This document shows, piece by piece, positions 1-10,359 of a stretch of DNA of 64,000 bases; the stretch's first letter is position 1; each line of letters begins with the position of its first letter. The notes below the pieces were generated by a model. It saw only the letters and a list, made by a program, of their open reading frames with translations. It searched no databases and had not been told where the DNA came from. The stretch is from a virus, in the IMG/VR virus record IMGVR_UViG_3300017791_000124, positions 1,174 through 65,173 of that record. One strand, 5' to 3'. A program made the position numbers and the translations under genes.

Positions 1-1
1 C

Positions 2-232
2 ACGGTCGTGGTCGCGGGCGCGAGCCGCACGATCACGCTCGCGGCGGGCGACGCTTCGCTCGTCGTCACCAGCGGTGCGCGATCCGTCGCGCCGCGCGCG
101 ATCGGCCGGGTGCTCGTGCCGGCAGTGGCGAGCAGAACCATCGTGGTGACGAGCGCAAGCCGCGTGATCAAGGCCGAGATCGACGACCGCAAAGTCGAGA
201 TCGCTCGCCGCTCGATGAAGCTGGCCGCATAG
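2..232 (+). CDS. 3' end of a virion/structural protein (truncated by window start)
   Basis: Open frame from the window edge to TAG at 232, directly upstream of the next late gene. Confidence 0.5.
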   Translation, partial: TVVVAGASRTITLAAGDASLVVTSGARSVAPRAIGRVLVPAVASRTIVVTSASRVIKAEIDDRKVEIARRSMKLAA

Positions 233-242
233 GGACGGAGCG

Positions 243-518
243 ATGGCGAAGCGCTGGGATGATCCGAAAGACCCCGACGAAGTGCTCGACTATGTCGTCG
301 ACTGGATAAAGCCGTTGGCCGGCGACACCATCCTGACGTCGACGTGGACGCTGCCCGAAGGCATCACCGGCAGTCAGGAATCGATGACCGACACGACGAC
401 CACGATCTGGCTCACCGGGGGCACAGCCGGGAAAGATTACGGCTTGGTGAATCGCATCACCACCGCAGGCGGAAGAACCCGCGAGCAAACCTGCACGCTG
501 CGGGTCAGGACGAAGTAA
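243..518 (+). CDS. Phage fibre/tail adaptor-like small protein
   Basis: KDPDEVLDYVVDW...ITTAGGRT motif typical of small phage adaptor proteins; GGAG RBS upstream. Confidence 0.7.
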   Translation: MAKRWDDPKDPDEVLDYVVDWIKPLAGDTILTSTWTLPEGITGSQESMTDTTTTIWLTGGTAGKDYGLVNRITTAGGRTREQTCTLRVRTK

Positions 519-535
519 CCCAACGGAGGAATACC

Positions 536-913
536 ATGCCGCTGACCATCGTAGACGGGCCGATGATTGCCGCCGGTGAATCGCTTTCCGATGGCGTCGA
601 TTGCTCGGCCGGCACCATCGTTCGCATCACCGTGCCGCAGGAATACACCGCAGCGAATCTTACTTTCCAAGTGAGCAGCGACGGCAATTTCTACAACGAT
701 CTCTACGGGCCGGATGGCATGGAGATCACGCTTTCGGCCAAAGCGGACACCGGCATCATCGTGCCCGTGGTCTGGTCGCAGTCGATCAACTTCATCAAGT
801 TTCGCTCAGGCTCGCGCGCGCATCCGGTCAATCAGGAAGTCGATTGCCGGTTCGCCATCGCGGTCGATGTCCCCGAAGCGCCGGCGGCCTCGCGCGCGGG
901 GGCGCCCAGATAG
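536..913 (+). CDS. Hypothetical phage protein (beta-rich)
   Basis: GGAGGA RBS before ATG 536; high GC3 codon usage. Confidence 0.75.
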   Translation: MPLTIVDGPMIAAGESLSDGVDCSAGTIVRITVPQEYTAANLTFQVSSDGNFYNDLYGPDGMEITLSAKADTGIIVPVVWSQSINFIKFRSGSRAHPVNQEVDCRFAIAVDVPEAPAASRAGAPR

Positions 914-922
914 GAGGGCGTC

Positions 923-1099
923 ATGTCCTTTCTGATCGCCGCAGCGGCGCTCATCATCATCGCGTTCGTCATCCGGTGGTGGATGAACGTCAACGTCGAG
1001 GAAGGTTTTCTCGGCAAGGGGCTGATGCTCATCGTCGTGGTGCTGGTGATCATCGGCATCCTGTCGCTGTTTAATCTGGTGCCCTTTCGAGGCTGGTGA
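923..1099 (+). CDS. Small two-TM membrane protein (58 aa)
   Basis: AGGAGG RBS; MSFLIAAAALIIIAFVIRWW...LMLIVVVLVIIGILSLF; below the ORF-track cutoff. Confidence 0.7.
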   Translation: MSFLIAAAALIIIAFVIRWWMNVNVEEGFLGKGLMLIVVVLVIIGILSLFNLVPFRGW

Positions 1100-1174
1100 T
1101 CACCCGTTCGATCATCCCCTGCCGCGCCCGCGCCCGCCCGAGCTTGATCAACCCTCGATCATGGTGCCCGAACA

Positions 1175-2887
1175 ATGACGCTGACCGCTCTCGAACGACG
1201 CATCGCGTTCGTGGGCGCCCGCGCCGAAGCTGTGCAAACACTGGCATGGCTTTCGAAAATAGATGTCGCATCATGTGACACGAGGTCTTATATTGAGGGA
1301 CGTGCGTTCGACCCGAGCCAACCGAGAGACGAACATGGCAGATGGACAGACGGCGGCGGAAGCAGCGATGGCGGCTCTGCCGGCGGAGCAGCAAGCGGAG
1401 ATCGAGAAGCTGAACCTGCACCCACGGGAGCAGGGAATGCTAGTCGAAGTGCTCACCAACTCACCGGGGCTTACAGTTCAAAAAGCCCTAGCGATGCTGA
1501 ATTCCGCCGGAATGTAGCGCAGGTTTGGGAGCTTGACGGCGGCGGCAAGCACGATGCCGCCGCGCTGCGCATCACACCGCAAACCTTTCACGAGCTTCAG
1601 CCGGGCACCACGGGCGGCGCCAAGCGCTTTCTCGAAGCGATCACCTACGCGAAAATCGCCGATCAGAATTACGGCTCGTCGGTCCACACCTATGCGGTGG
1701 ACGACTACAAGAGCATGCGGCTGTTTCTCTCGCCCGACGGCAAGAACGGCTTCGCGCTCAAGGGCCAAGACATCGTTTCGGTGTTCAAGCACGTCGACAG
1801 CGAGGCCAAGGGCAGCGCGAATGCGATGGTCGCGCTTGCTGTGCAACAGGGCGGGCGCAAGCTCGACGCGTTCGACACCGTGCTGCCGACGATCTACGCA
1901 GGCAACGGATTCATCGCGGCATCGCGGCTCGCGTGGAACGAAGAGCACAAGCCCGATACGTGGCACCACGAGAACTACAAGGAGTTCAACAACGGGCGCC
2001 CCGATGTCGTGTTCATGGTCTACGACCCGGAGCGCGCCGAAAAACGCGATTGGCAGTACAACAAGACCGACGGCGTGCGCGCGCAGACCTACGATCAGGC
2101 GGTCTCGATCCAGCAAGCGCTAGTGCGGCCCGAGGACAAGCCGCCCGCACCGCCCGCTCCCGCGCGCATGACGCACGACGAGGTCAAGGCGGCGGCGGTC
2201 ACGGTCGCGAAGGATTTGGATTTCGATCCGGCGGCGATCGAGGTCTCGTCCGGCACGCACAAGTTCGAACTGAACGGCAAGCAGTACAACGCCGCCGGGC
2301 TCGCCTTCACCAGCAAGATCGGAGAGACCGCATTCCCGGTGCGGATATTTGCCGAGAACGTCTCGCCCACAAACGTCGCCGGCGTGATCACGCACGAGAT
2401 CATGCACATCAAATTCCAGACCGCGATGAATCGCTATCGCGCTGAATGGCGAGCGATCCGCGATAAGGAACCGGCGCCGACGCACGAAGTGATGAAGCCC
2501 GACGGCAGCCTGAAGCCGCCCTACGACGAATACTATCCGGCCTATCACGCGATGCACGAAGCGCTGTTCAGCAAGCAGGCAAAGGACTTCGCCGCGTCCG
2601 ATGGCGTGTCGGAATACAGCTATGATTGGTGGCTGAACTGGAAGAACAGCCCGCCGTTCACCGAGCACGCCGAGAGCGCGCAGCATGAGACACTCGCCGA
2701 GATGGCGCGGATCAAATACGAGACCGGGAAATTTCCCGAGCATATGGGCGAGCGGATGCTGAGTTGGCGCGGGCCCGACACGCCGAAGCCGTCGCAGGCG
2801 CAGATCGAAGCCAACGCCAAAATCTGGCGCGATCTTTATCGCGCGGTCGAGAAGGTGTGGAAGCTGCCCGCGACGGGGCCAAAATGA
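1175..2887 (+). CDS. Putative virion-packaged polyvalent effector: QPRDEHGRW motif, GNAT-like domain and HExxH zincin-like domain
   Basis: FDPSQPRDEHGRWTDGGG; DIVSVF...GGRKLDAFDTVLPTIYAGNGF (GNAT-like); THEIMH. Confidence 0.65.
   Translation: MTLTALERRIAFVGARAEAVQTLAWLSKIDVASCDTRSYIEGRAFDPSQPRDEHGRWTDGGGSSDGGSAGGAASGDREAEPAPTGAGNASRSAHQLTGAYSSKSPSDAEFRRNVAQVWELDGGGKHDAAALRITPQTFHELQPGTTGGAKRFLEAITYAKIADQNYGSSVHTYAVDDYKSMRLFLSPDGKNGFALKGQDIVSVFKHVDSEAKGSANAMVALAVQQGGRKLDAFDTVLPTIYAGNGFIAASRLAWNEEHKPDTWHHENYKEFNNGRPDVVFMVYDPERAEKRDWQYNKTDGVRAQTYDQAVSIQQALVRPEDKPPAPPAPARMTHDEVKAAAVTVAKDLDFDPAAIEVSSGTHKFELNGKQYNAAGLAFTSKIGETAFPVRIFAENVSPTNVAGVITHEIMHIKFQTAMNRYRAEWRAIRDKEPAPTHEVMKPDGSLKPPYDEYYPAYHAMHEALFSKQAKDFAASDGVSEYSYDWWLNWKNSPPFTEHAESAQHETLAEMARIKYETGKFPEHMGERMLSWRGPDTPKPSQAQIEANAKIWRDLYRAVEKVWKLPATGPK
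1335..1517 (+). CDS. Candidate overprinted small protein nested in the +1 frame of the 1175-2887 gene
   Basis: MADGQTAAEAAMAALPAEQQAEIEKLNLHPREQGMLVEVL...; this frame has GC-rich third positions while the host frame is an A/T-ending low-complexity linker here. Confidence 0.45.
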   Translation: MADGQTAAEAAMAALPAEQQAEIEKLNLHPREQGMLVEVLTNSPGLTVQKALAMLNSAGM

Positions 2888-4659
2888 TCGAGACCACCAC
2901 GGTGAACGGGCGGCCGGCGCAGGTCGCCTACATCGGCGAAGCCGGCGAAGGCACGGTCGAGCCGGACCAAGCCACGCTAATCAAGGTGGTGTTCACCGAC
3001 GCGGCCGGCGGCATCGTGTTTCTCAACGGCGCAACGAAGACATCGATGACCACCAGCTATCTCTGGGCACAGGCCAAGCGCAACGCGCTCGCGCGGCTCG
3101 CGCCGTCACAGCGCGCGGCGATCGCGCGCGCGGAAGCTGAGCAAACACTGGCGCGCCTTAAGGGCACGTGGAACGAAGAGGATCACCCGCGCGACGAGGA
3201 CGGCAAGTTCACTGACAGCGGCGGCGGTGGCGGCGGGGGCAGCGCAAGGCCGAGCACGGCGCAAGCTGAGAAGCCGAAGCCCGAGCAGCAAGAGCTATGG
3301 CCCGACAAGTTTCCCCCGATCCCTGAGCCGAAGGCCAAGGTCGACATCGCTGAGTTCGAAAAGGACGACGTCGAATTGAAGGTTGCCGACACTGGTCTCA
3401 AGATGGCGCAGGGCGGCAAGGCCGCGAAGGATTTCGAGAAGGTCTGGAATGATCAGGTTGGCAGCATTGACCCGGGCGAGTTCAAGGAAAAATTTCTCGG
3501 CGGCGTCAAGGGCACGATGAGCATCGTGCATCGCTACAAGGAAGACGAAGACGGGCAGCCCTACGTCAATGATCTGAACATCAGCGGCCAACTGCTCAAC
3601 GAAAATGGCGCGGTGATCGGGCAGTACACGCGCGAGATTGATCTGGCGAACAACAAAGCCGATAGCTCTTACTTCAAGCTCTACAACAAGAACACCGGCG
3701 GCGGCGTCGGCAAGCAACTGCTCGCCGCCAACGTTGAGATGTACCGGCAACTGGGGCTCGAAAAGGTCGAGGTCCACGCCAACATCGATGTCGGCGGCTA
3801 TGCGTGGGCGCGCTACGGCTACGTGCCGACCGAAGATTCATGGAGCGATGAAGTAGAGCCCTACGTGCGCGAACGGCTCGACGAAATGGCCGGCGGCGGG
3901 CGTCCCGATGAATGGGACATGATGAGCAGTTCGCAACAGGACGAAGCCTTCAGGGCGTGGGCCGACGAGACGTTCGACGAATTCCACGACAGCGAGATCG
4001 AGAGTTGGCGCGAGAGCGGCGGGCCGCTCGACCAGACCAAGATAGAGCTTGCGGAGAAATTCACCGAGCGGACTGAATTCGGGATCACGCATTGGGCGTG
4101 GAAGGCGGTGCAGAACGCGCGCGCCGGCTATCCGCCCGGCGGCGAACAGCCGATGACGCTCACCAACGACGAAATTCTCGCCGCGACCACGATCACATAC
4201 GAGAGCGACGGCGAAGGCCGCAACGATCCGGTTGTCACGGTCGAAGAGATCGAGGGGCTCACCGAGGATCAGCGCTATTCGGTCGAGCAGTCGCTGCAGA
4301 CCGCATTCAACTATCAGGCCGAGCTTAACAAGGACGACATCCAGCCGCCCGAGTATCTCGCCGATCAAGCGCGCGAGTATCAGAAAGACACTTGGAACGA
4401 CAAGCGCGACAGCGAGAAGTTCGAATATGCCGAGCAAAACGATCTGCTCGGCGAAGGCGAAGGCAGCGGCGAGATCGATTACAGCGAGGCTGAATCAATC
4501 CGCGAGTTGCTTGACAGCGGCGACCCGAAAGCGATTTGGGCAATCGCCGATTCCACGCACGGCAAGGAATTGCTGCTCGGCAGCGACTGGCAGGGTGCGA
4601 TCGACTTCAGCGACCGCGAGACGATGAACAGGTTCAACGCCTATGTCGGGAAAAAGTAA
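2884..4659 (+). CDS. Second putative virion-packaged effector: HPRDEDGKF motif and GNAT-like domain
   Basis: ATGA overlap with previous gene; WNEEDHPRDEDGKFTDSGGG; GGGVGKQLL...ANIDVGGYAWARYGY acetyl-CoA-binding-like motif. Confidence 0.65.
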   Translation: MIETTTVNGRPAQVAYIGEAGEGTVEPDQATLIKVVFTDAAGGIVFLNGATKTSMTTSYLWAQAKRNALARLAPSQRAAIARAEAEQTLARLKGTWNEEDHPRDEDGKFTDSGGGGGGGSARPSTAQAEKPKPEQQELWPDKFPPIPEPKAKVDIAEFEKDDVELKVADTGLKMAQGGKAAKDFEKVWNDQVGSIDPGEFKEKFLGGVKGTMSIVHRYKEDEDGQPYVNDLNISGQLLNENGAVIGQYTREIDLANNKADSSYFKLYNKNTGGGVGKQLLAANVEMYRQLGLEKVEVHANIDVGGYAWARYGYVPTEDSWSDEVEPYVRERLDEMAGGGRPDEWDMMSSSQQDEAFRAWADETFDEFHDSEIESWRESGGPLDQTKIELAEKFTERTEFGITHWAWKAVQNARAGYPPGGEQPMTLTNDEILAATTITYESDGEGRNDPVVTVEEIEGLTEDQRYSVEQSLQTAFNYQAELNKDDIQPPEYLADQAREYQKDTWNDKRDSEKFEYAEQNDLLGEGEGSGEIDYSEAESIRELLDSGDPKAIWAIADSTHGKELLLGSDWQGAIDFSDRETMNRFNAYVGKK

Positions 4660-4834
4660 GGCCGAAGAGTTCTTCTACGAGACGGAAGACGGTACGCGCG
4701 CCGATGCCGAACTGCATCAGGACATCCTCGATGATGGCGATCATGCAACGGCGCAAGCGGTGAGCCGCAAGGTCGCGAAGCGGCTCGGTCTCACCGACGA
4801 GCAGATCAGCCGGCTGTTCAAGCCGAAGAAGTAG
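4643..4834 (+). CDS. Small hypothetical protein (possible immunity partner)
   Basis: Overlaps the effector stop; good codon usage. Confidence 0.55.
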   Translation: MSGKSKAEEFFYETEDGTRADAELHQDILDDGDHATAQAVSRKVAKRLGLTDEQISRLFKPKK

Positions 4835-4930
4835 CCACCACCAGCTTCCAGCCTCGCGCGCGCGGACAGGCGCGCGCACATCCGCGCGCTCACGGGCGCG
4901 CACACGCGCACGCGCGCGCAGGAGGGCACC

Positions 4931-7210
4931 ATGCCGATGAAGCCGAAGCCAGACGAGACCCAAGCCGACTTCATGAAGCGCTGCGTGCCCGACGTGATGG
5001 GCGCGGAGGGCGGCACCAAGCGCCCGCAGGATCAAGCCGTTGCCGCGTGCATGACGATGTGGCGCGACAAGGACAAGAAGCTGAAGGCGGTCACGCCGGA
5101 AGACGACGAAGACTTCGAAGATTTCATGGATCGCTGCCAAGAGGGCGGCGAGGACGCGGAAGAATGCCGCGTGATCTGGGCCGAGAACCGCAGCGCCAAC
5201 GTGGTGCGACTGCGCAACGGCAGCGACAAGCTCATCCGCAAGACCTTCGCCGAGCCTGTGGTGAACCGCGAGTTCGTCATGTCGGACGAAACGCCTGATC
5301 GGATGAACGACGTCATCTTGTCGGCCGGCTGGATGCTCGACGAGTTCAAGAAAAATCCGATCGCGCTTTACAATCACAACAGCAACCTGCCGATCGGCAC
5401 GTGGTCTGATGTGCAGGTCAAGGACGGCAAGCTGCGCGGCAAGCTCAACTTGCTGAAGCGCGGCAAAATCCCGCGCATCGATGAAATCCATGAACTGGTC
5501 GACGCCGACATTCTGCGCGCGGTGAGCGTCGGCTTTGCGCCGATCGAGGTCGAGCCGCTGCAGAAGGGCGATCCCTTCAGCGGCTCACGCTACAAGCGCC
5601 ACGCGCTGGTCGAATGCTCGCTGGTCACCGTGCCGGCGAATCCCAATGCACTCGCTGTCGCCAAGTCTCTCAACATCTCCGACGACACAATCAATCGCGT
5701 CTTTGCCAAGCCCGGCAGCCGGGACGCGCTCGATGTCGGTCGTCGTTCATCCGGCAAGCCCGCCGACACGTCTCCCATAGTGGGAAAATCCATGTCTGCT
5801 TTTGCACAGAGGATCACTGACTCGCAGGCGCGCATCGTCGCCTACCGGGACAAGCTCACCGAACATCTCAAGGGGGTCGACGACAGCAATGTCAGCGACG
5901 CCGAACTTGATGTGACCAACGAACTGAACGCGAGAATCAAGCAGGAAGAAAAGGCTCTCGCGTCGCTCAAGGAATCCGAGAGGAACCTGTTGCTCGCGAC
6001 CGATGGCGACAATGCCAACAACGGCAACGGCAGCGCCAGCAACGGCAACGGCTCGACGATCACGGTCGCGCCGGCGCGCTCGGTTCGACCGTTCGGCTTG
6101 AAGCCGAAGACCATCGATCCGATCGAGTACCTCGTGCGCGATGGCGTGGTGCGGCTGTTCGCACACCGCGAGAAGCGCAACGTCGACGACATGCGCAAGC
6201 TGATCTACGGCGACGACGAGGCGACCAAGGTGTTCATCGACTTCACGTCAAAGGCGGCCACCGCGCCGGCGATGACGAGTGTCGTCGGTTGGGCCGCTGA
6301 ACTGATCCAGCAAGTCAACGCCGACTTCCTTGAGCCGCTCTATCCCAACGTGGTGTTTCCGTCGCTCTCGGCGGCGGGGCTGTCGTTGTCGTTCGGCCGC
6401 AATGGTCGCATCTCGGTGCCGACGCGCTCACTCACTCCGACGATCGCCGGTTCGTTCGTCGGTGAAGGCGCGCCGATTCCGGTGCGGCAGGGTGCGTTCA
6501 CAGCAGCGGTGCTCACGCCGAAGAAAATGGCCGTGATCACCACGTGGACAAGGGAGATCGACGAACATTCGATTCCCGCAATCGAAGGCTTGCTGCGTGA
6601 TGCGATCAAGCAGGACACGGCGATCTCGATCGATTCCGTGCTGCTCGATGCCAATCCCGCGACGACGGTTCGTCCCGCTGGCCTGCTCAACGGCGTCGCT
6701 GGTCTGACGCCGACGGCGGGCGGCGGCTTCGCTGCGGTGGTGGGCGATCTGCAGAAGATCGCCGGCGCGTTGATGACCGGCACGAACGGCAACATCCGCA
6801 AGATGGTGTGGCTGATCAATCCGGCGCAGAAGCTCTCGCTCTCGCTGACCAGCGCACCGGGCACCGGCGCGTTCCCGTTCAAGGAAGAGATCGGAAGCAA
6901 CAAGTTGCTGACCTATCCGGTGATCGCGGCGGGCACTGTGCCGGTTGGCACCGTGATCGCGGTCGATGCCGCCGACTTCGTTTCCGTCGGTGGTGAAGCG
7001 CCACGGTTCGAGATCAGCGATCAGGCGACCCTTCATATGGAAGACACTACGCCGCTTGCGATCGGCACGCCGGGCTCACCGGCAACGGTCGCTGCTCCGG
7101 TGCGGTCGCTCTATCAGACCGACAGCTTGGCGCTGCGGCTGATCATGCCGCTCAACTGGACTCTGCGTCGCAGTGGCGTGGTCGCGTGGATGGCCGGCGT
7201 TACTTGGTAG
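4931..7210 (+). CDS. Fused HK97-type prohead protease and major capsid protein
   Basis: Protease motifs NPIALYNH, LRAVSVGF, LVECSLVTVPANPNA; capsid motifs FVGEGAPIP, LTPKK, SLYQTDSLALR. Confidence 0.92.
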   Translation: MPMKPKPDETQADFMKRCVPDVMGAEGGTKRPQDQAVAACMTMWRDKDKKLKAVTPEDDEDFEDFMDRCQEGGEDAEECRVIWAENRSANVVRLRNGSDKLIRKTFAEPVVNREFVMSDETPDRMNDVILSAGWMLDEFKKNPIALYNHNSNLPIGTWSDVQVKDGKLRGKLNLLKRGKIPRIDEIHELVDADILRAVSVGFAPIEVEPLQKGDPFSGSRYKRHALVECSLVTVPANPNALAVAKSLNISDDTINRVFAKPGSRDALDVGRRSSGKPADTSPIVGKSMSAFAQRITDSQARIVAYRDKLTEHLKGVDDSNVSDAELDVTNELNARIKQEEKALASLKESERNLLLATDGDNANNGNGSASNGNGSTITVAPARSVRPFGLKPKTIDPIEYLVRDGVVRLFAHREKRNVDDMRKLIYGDDEATKVFIDFTSKAATAPAMTSVVGWAAELIQQVNADFLEPLYPNVVFPSLSAAGLSLSFGRNGRISVPTRSLTPTIAGSFVGEGAPIPVRQGAFTAAVLTPKKMAVITTWTREIDEHSIPAIEGLLRDAIKQDTAISIDSVLLDANPATTVRPAGLLNGVAGLTPTAGGGFAAVVGDLQKIAGALMTGTNGNIRKMVWLINPAQKLSLSLTSAPGTGAFPFKEEIGSNKLLTYPVIAAGTVPVGTVIAVDAADFVSVGGEAPRFEISDQATLHMEDTTPLAIGTPGSPATVAAPVRSLYQTDSLALRLIMPLNWTLRRSGVVAWMAGVTW

Positions 7211-7321
7211 TTGGCACACGAGGCTGAACTCTTTGGCACACGGGGGCGCATCAAACGTTAGTCCGTGTGCCAAGTCTCGCCAACATTGGCGTGGCTTTCA
7301 CTCAAACCAAAGGAGGCCATC

Positions 7322-7660
7322 GTGGCCGAACATCAGACAAGCGAACACGCAGTACAGGAACGCGCCAAGGCAACTGAAGCCCAGAAGGAAGCCGCCAAGA
7401 AACGACTCGCCGACGAGAAGGCGGCGCGCGAGAAAATCGCGCAGGACGCGCCCGAGGCACCGAAGCCGACACCGACGCAGGAGGAGAACGATCTTGCGGC
7501 GCTCGGCGTCCACGTCCCCGAGCACGAGCCCGACGGCAGCCCGCTGCAAGACCCGTTCGCGCAGCAACTGGAGAAGCAGACGAAGCAGGCTGAAGCAAAG
7601 AAGCCCGCGACAGCCGGGCAATATCAGACGCGTGCAACGAGGCCGGCAGACACAGCCTGA
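7322..7660 (+). CDS. Hypothetical head-associated protein
   Basis: AGGAGG RBS before GTG; KPTPTQEENDLAALG motif; lies between capsid and portal. Confidence 0.7.
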   Translation: MAEHQTSEHAVQERAKATEAQKEAAKKRLADEKAAREKIAQDAPEAPKPTPTQEENDLAALGVHVPEHEPDGSPLQDPFAQQLEKQTKQAEAKKPATAGQYQTRATRPADTA

Positions 7661-7664
7661 ACCG

Positions 7665-9101
7665 ATGGGCATTGTCGCGTCGTTCATCAGCAAAGCGCTC
7701 TCGCCCTTCATCACGAAGGGCGAGGGCTATTATCATCCCGGCCCGTGGCAGCTTCCGGTCACGGGCGGGGTTTTGCCTGCCTATGTCGGCGAGAACATCA
7801 ACTGGTGGCAGTTAGGATACGACCCGGTCAATCTGTCGGGCTCATCGGCGATCGTCGAAGCGTGTCTTTCGGCTTACAGCCAGACCGTGGCGATGTGCCC
7901 GGGGGATCATTGGCGATTGAACAGCAAAGGCGGGCGCGAGCGCGTCACGACGTCGGCGCTGTCGCGGTTGCTGCGCAAGCCAAACACCTATCAGTCGATC
8001 AGCGATTTCATGCTGAACCTGACGCGTTCGCTGTTTCTTGACGGCAACGCCTATGCGCTGGGGCTGCGCAACGATCGCTATGAGATCGACGAGCTTCATC
8101 TGATGAGCCCGCGCGAGTCGGCGCCGCAGGTCGTGCGCTCGACCGGCGACGTGTTCTATCGGCTCGGCGGCAACGACGTGATGGAGCGGCTCGGCGAAGT
8201 GCTGGTGCCGGCGCGCGATGTGCTGCACGTGCGCTTGCATAGCTCGAAGCGCTATCCGGTCCCGTTGGTGGGCGCTTCGCCGATCGAGGCAGCGGCAAGT
8301 GACATCACGGCCAGCAACGCGATGCTGCAGCAACAGATCAATTACTACATGAACCAAGCGCGGCCGAGCGCGGTGTTGTCGACTGATCTCCAGTTGGACA
8401 AGGACCAAGTGCAGGCGCTGCGCGATCGCTGGAACGAGCAAGTGCGCGGGCTGCAGCAAGGCGGCACGCCGATCCTCACCGCCGGCTTGAAGGTGCAGCC
8501 GTGGGGCGTCGGCGCCAAGGATGCCGAGCTTGCCGAGATCATGAAGATGTCGGGCCAGAACATCGCGCTGGCCTATCGCATCCCGCTCCCGCTGATCGGT
8601 CTGAGCGCCACCGGCGTCACGTCGACCGAAGTGATGATGCAGTCGTGGATTTCCACCGGGCTCGGCTTCGCGCTCAATCATATCGAAGAGGCGTTCGGAC
8701 TGTTGTTCAACCTCAAGGGTCAGCCCGACGAATACATCGAGTTCGAGACCGGCGCGCTGTTGCGCTCGGCCTTCAAGGATCGCATCGACGCGCTGGCGCG
8801 TGGCGTGCAAGGCGGCATTCTGGCGCCGAACGAAGCGCGCGAACGCGAAGGGCTTGATGCCGTCGAGTTCGGCGACGAGCCACGCGTGCAGCAACAGGTC
8901 GTCCCCCTCTCTGCGGCGGGGGCGATCCCGGCAGCGCCCGGCCCCGGCGCACCACCGGGAGCACCGCCGGCGCCCACCGCCAAGCTCGACGACACGCCGC
9001 TCGTCGCACCCGCCAAAGGGGAAGGCAATGACAGCGTCCAACGGGAAGTCAGAAACATCCTTCGAGCCGCCGCCCGCATTGGCCGCCGACGTTCTACTTG
9101 A
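7665..9101 (+). CDS. HK97-family portal protein
   Basis: [50 protein letters not shown]. Confidence 0.93.
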   Translation: MGIVASFISKALSPFITKGEGYYHPGPWQLPVTGGVLPAYVGENINWWQLGYDPVNLSGSSAIVEACLSAYSQTVAMCPGDHWRLNSKGGRERVTTSALSRLLRKPNTYQSISDFMLNLTRSLFLDGNAYALGLRNDRYEIDELHLMSPRESAPQVVRSTGDVFYRLGGNDVMERLGEVLVPARDVLHVRLHSSKRYPVPLVGASPIEAAASDITASNAMLQQQINYYMNQARPSAVLSTDLQLDKDQVQALRDRWNEQVRGLQQGGTPILTAGLKVQPWGVGAKDAELAEIMKMSGQNIALAYRIPLPLIGLSATGVTSTEVMMQSWISTGLGFALNHIEEAFGLLFNLKGQPDEYIEFETGALLRSAFKDRIDALARGVQGGILAPNEAREREGLDAVEFGDEPRVQQQVVPLSAAGAIPAAPGPGAPPGAPPAPTAKLDDTPLVAPAKGEGNDSVQREVRNILRAAARIGRRRST

Positions 9102-10356
9102 TGCGTGGCGCGATGCGCTCGGTGAGACGCTGGCGCACGAGCGCCGGCAATGGCAGCGCGAGCGTGCGCTGATCGAGGCGCAGGCGCAGAGCACGATCGA
9201 CAAAATGCAAGCCGCGATCGTGACGCTGCGCGGCGAAGTGCTCGATCTCGTGCGCGCGAAGCTCGCCGAAGTGAAGGATGGCAAGGACGGCGAGCGCGGC
9301 CCGCAAGGCGAGCGGGGCGAGAAAGGGATTCAAGGTGAGCGAGGCATCATCGGACAACGCGGCCCTGCCGGCGAAGCCGGCCCCGTCGGCCCCGTCGGGC
9401 CAGCCGGGCCAGCCGGGCAACCCGGCACAGCCGGTGAAGCCGGTCCCGCTGGCCCAGCCGGCCCCGCTGGTGAGCGCGGACCAGCCGGCGACATCGGGCC
9501 AGCCGGACCCGTCGGACCCGCCGGTGAGCCCGGCGCTGTCGGCGCAACAGGTTCGCGAGGCGATACTGGGCTGATCGGCGAGAAGGGCCCGGCCGGCGAT
9601 CGCGGCGAGCCCGGCGCGCCCGGGCCCGCAGGCGCGCGCGGGGAGCGCGGCGAGCGCGGCCCGCAGGGCATCCCCGGCGTCATCGGCAAGGCTGGCCCGG
9701 CCGGCGAGCGTGGCCCGGCAGGCGAGAAGGGTGAGCGCGGCGAGCGGGGTGAGCCCGGCGCGCCCGGCATCATCGGCAAGACCGGCGACGTCGGCGAGCG
9801 TGGCCCGGCAGGCGAGAAGGGCGAACGTGGCGAAGTCGGCGAGCGCGGCGCGCCCGGCATGTTGCCGATCGCGAAAGCCTACGAGCCCGGCGCCGTCCAT
9901 TATGCCGCGCAAGTCGTCGCCCATGGCGGCGGGCTGTGGCAGGCGAGCAAGGACACCGGGCAAGCGCCGCCGCATGCCGACTGGCTGTGCCTCGCGCGCG
10001 CGGGCGCAGATGGCGTGTCGCCACGCGTGCGCGGCACCTATCAGGAGGGCGAGCAATATCGCGCGCTCGACATCGTGGCGTTCAACAAGGGCAGCTTCAT
10101 CGCCGACAGGGACAACCCCGGCCCGCTCCCGGGACCGCAGGGCAACGGCTGGCAGCTTCTCACCGCGCACGGCGGGAAAGGCGAGAAAGGCGTGCAGGGT
10201 CCGCGCGGCGAACGCGGCCCGGCTGGCCCGGGCATCGCGCGCTGGCTCGTGGATCGGCGCAGCTATGAGGCAAAGCCGGTGCTGAGCGACGGCACCGAAG
10301 GCGCACCGCTCGATCTGCGTGAGTTGTTCGAGCAATTCCAAACCGACGCCGGTTAA
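9028..10356 (+). CDS. Collagen-like (Gly-X-Y) virion protein
   Basis: Long uninterrupted G-X-Y run (GERGPAG...) followed by a globular C-terminus. Confidence 0.85.
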   Translation: MTASNGKSETSFEPPPALAADVLLDAWRDALGETLAHERRQWQRERALIEAQAQSTIDKMQAAIVTLRGEVLDLVRAKLAEVKDGKDGERGPQGERGEKGIQGERGIIGQRGPAGEAGPVGPVGPAGPAGQPGTAGEAGPAGPAGPAGERGPAGDIGPAGPVGPAGEPGAVGATGSRGDTGLIGEKGPAGDRGEPGAPGPAGARGERGERGPQGIPGVIGKAGPAGERGPAGEKGERGERGEPGAPGIIGKTGDVGERGPAGEKGERGEVGERGAPGMLPIAKAYEPGAVHYAAQVVAHGGGLWQASKDTGQAPPHADWLCLARAGADGVSPRVRGTYQEGEQYRALDIVAFNKGSFIADRDNPGPLPGPQGNGWQLLTAHGGKGEKGVQGPRGERGPAGPGIARWLVDRRSYEAKPVLSDGTEGAPLDLRELFEQFQTDAG

Positions 10357-10359
10357 GTC

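Noticed and set aside
9280-9860. Tandem GC-rich repeats as a non-coding array
   Set aside because: They are fully explained by Gly-X-Y collagen coding.
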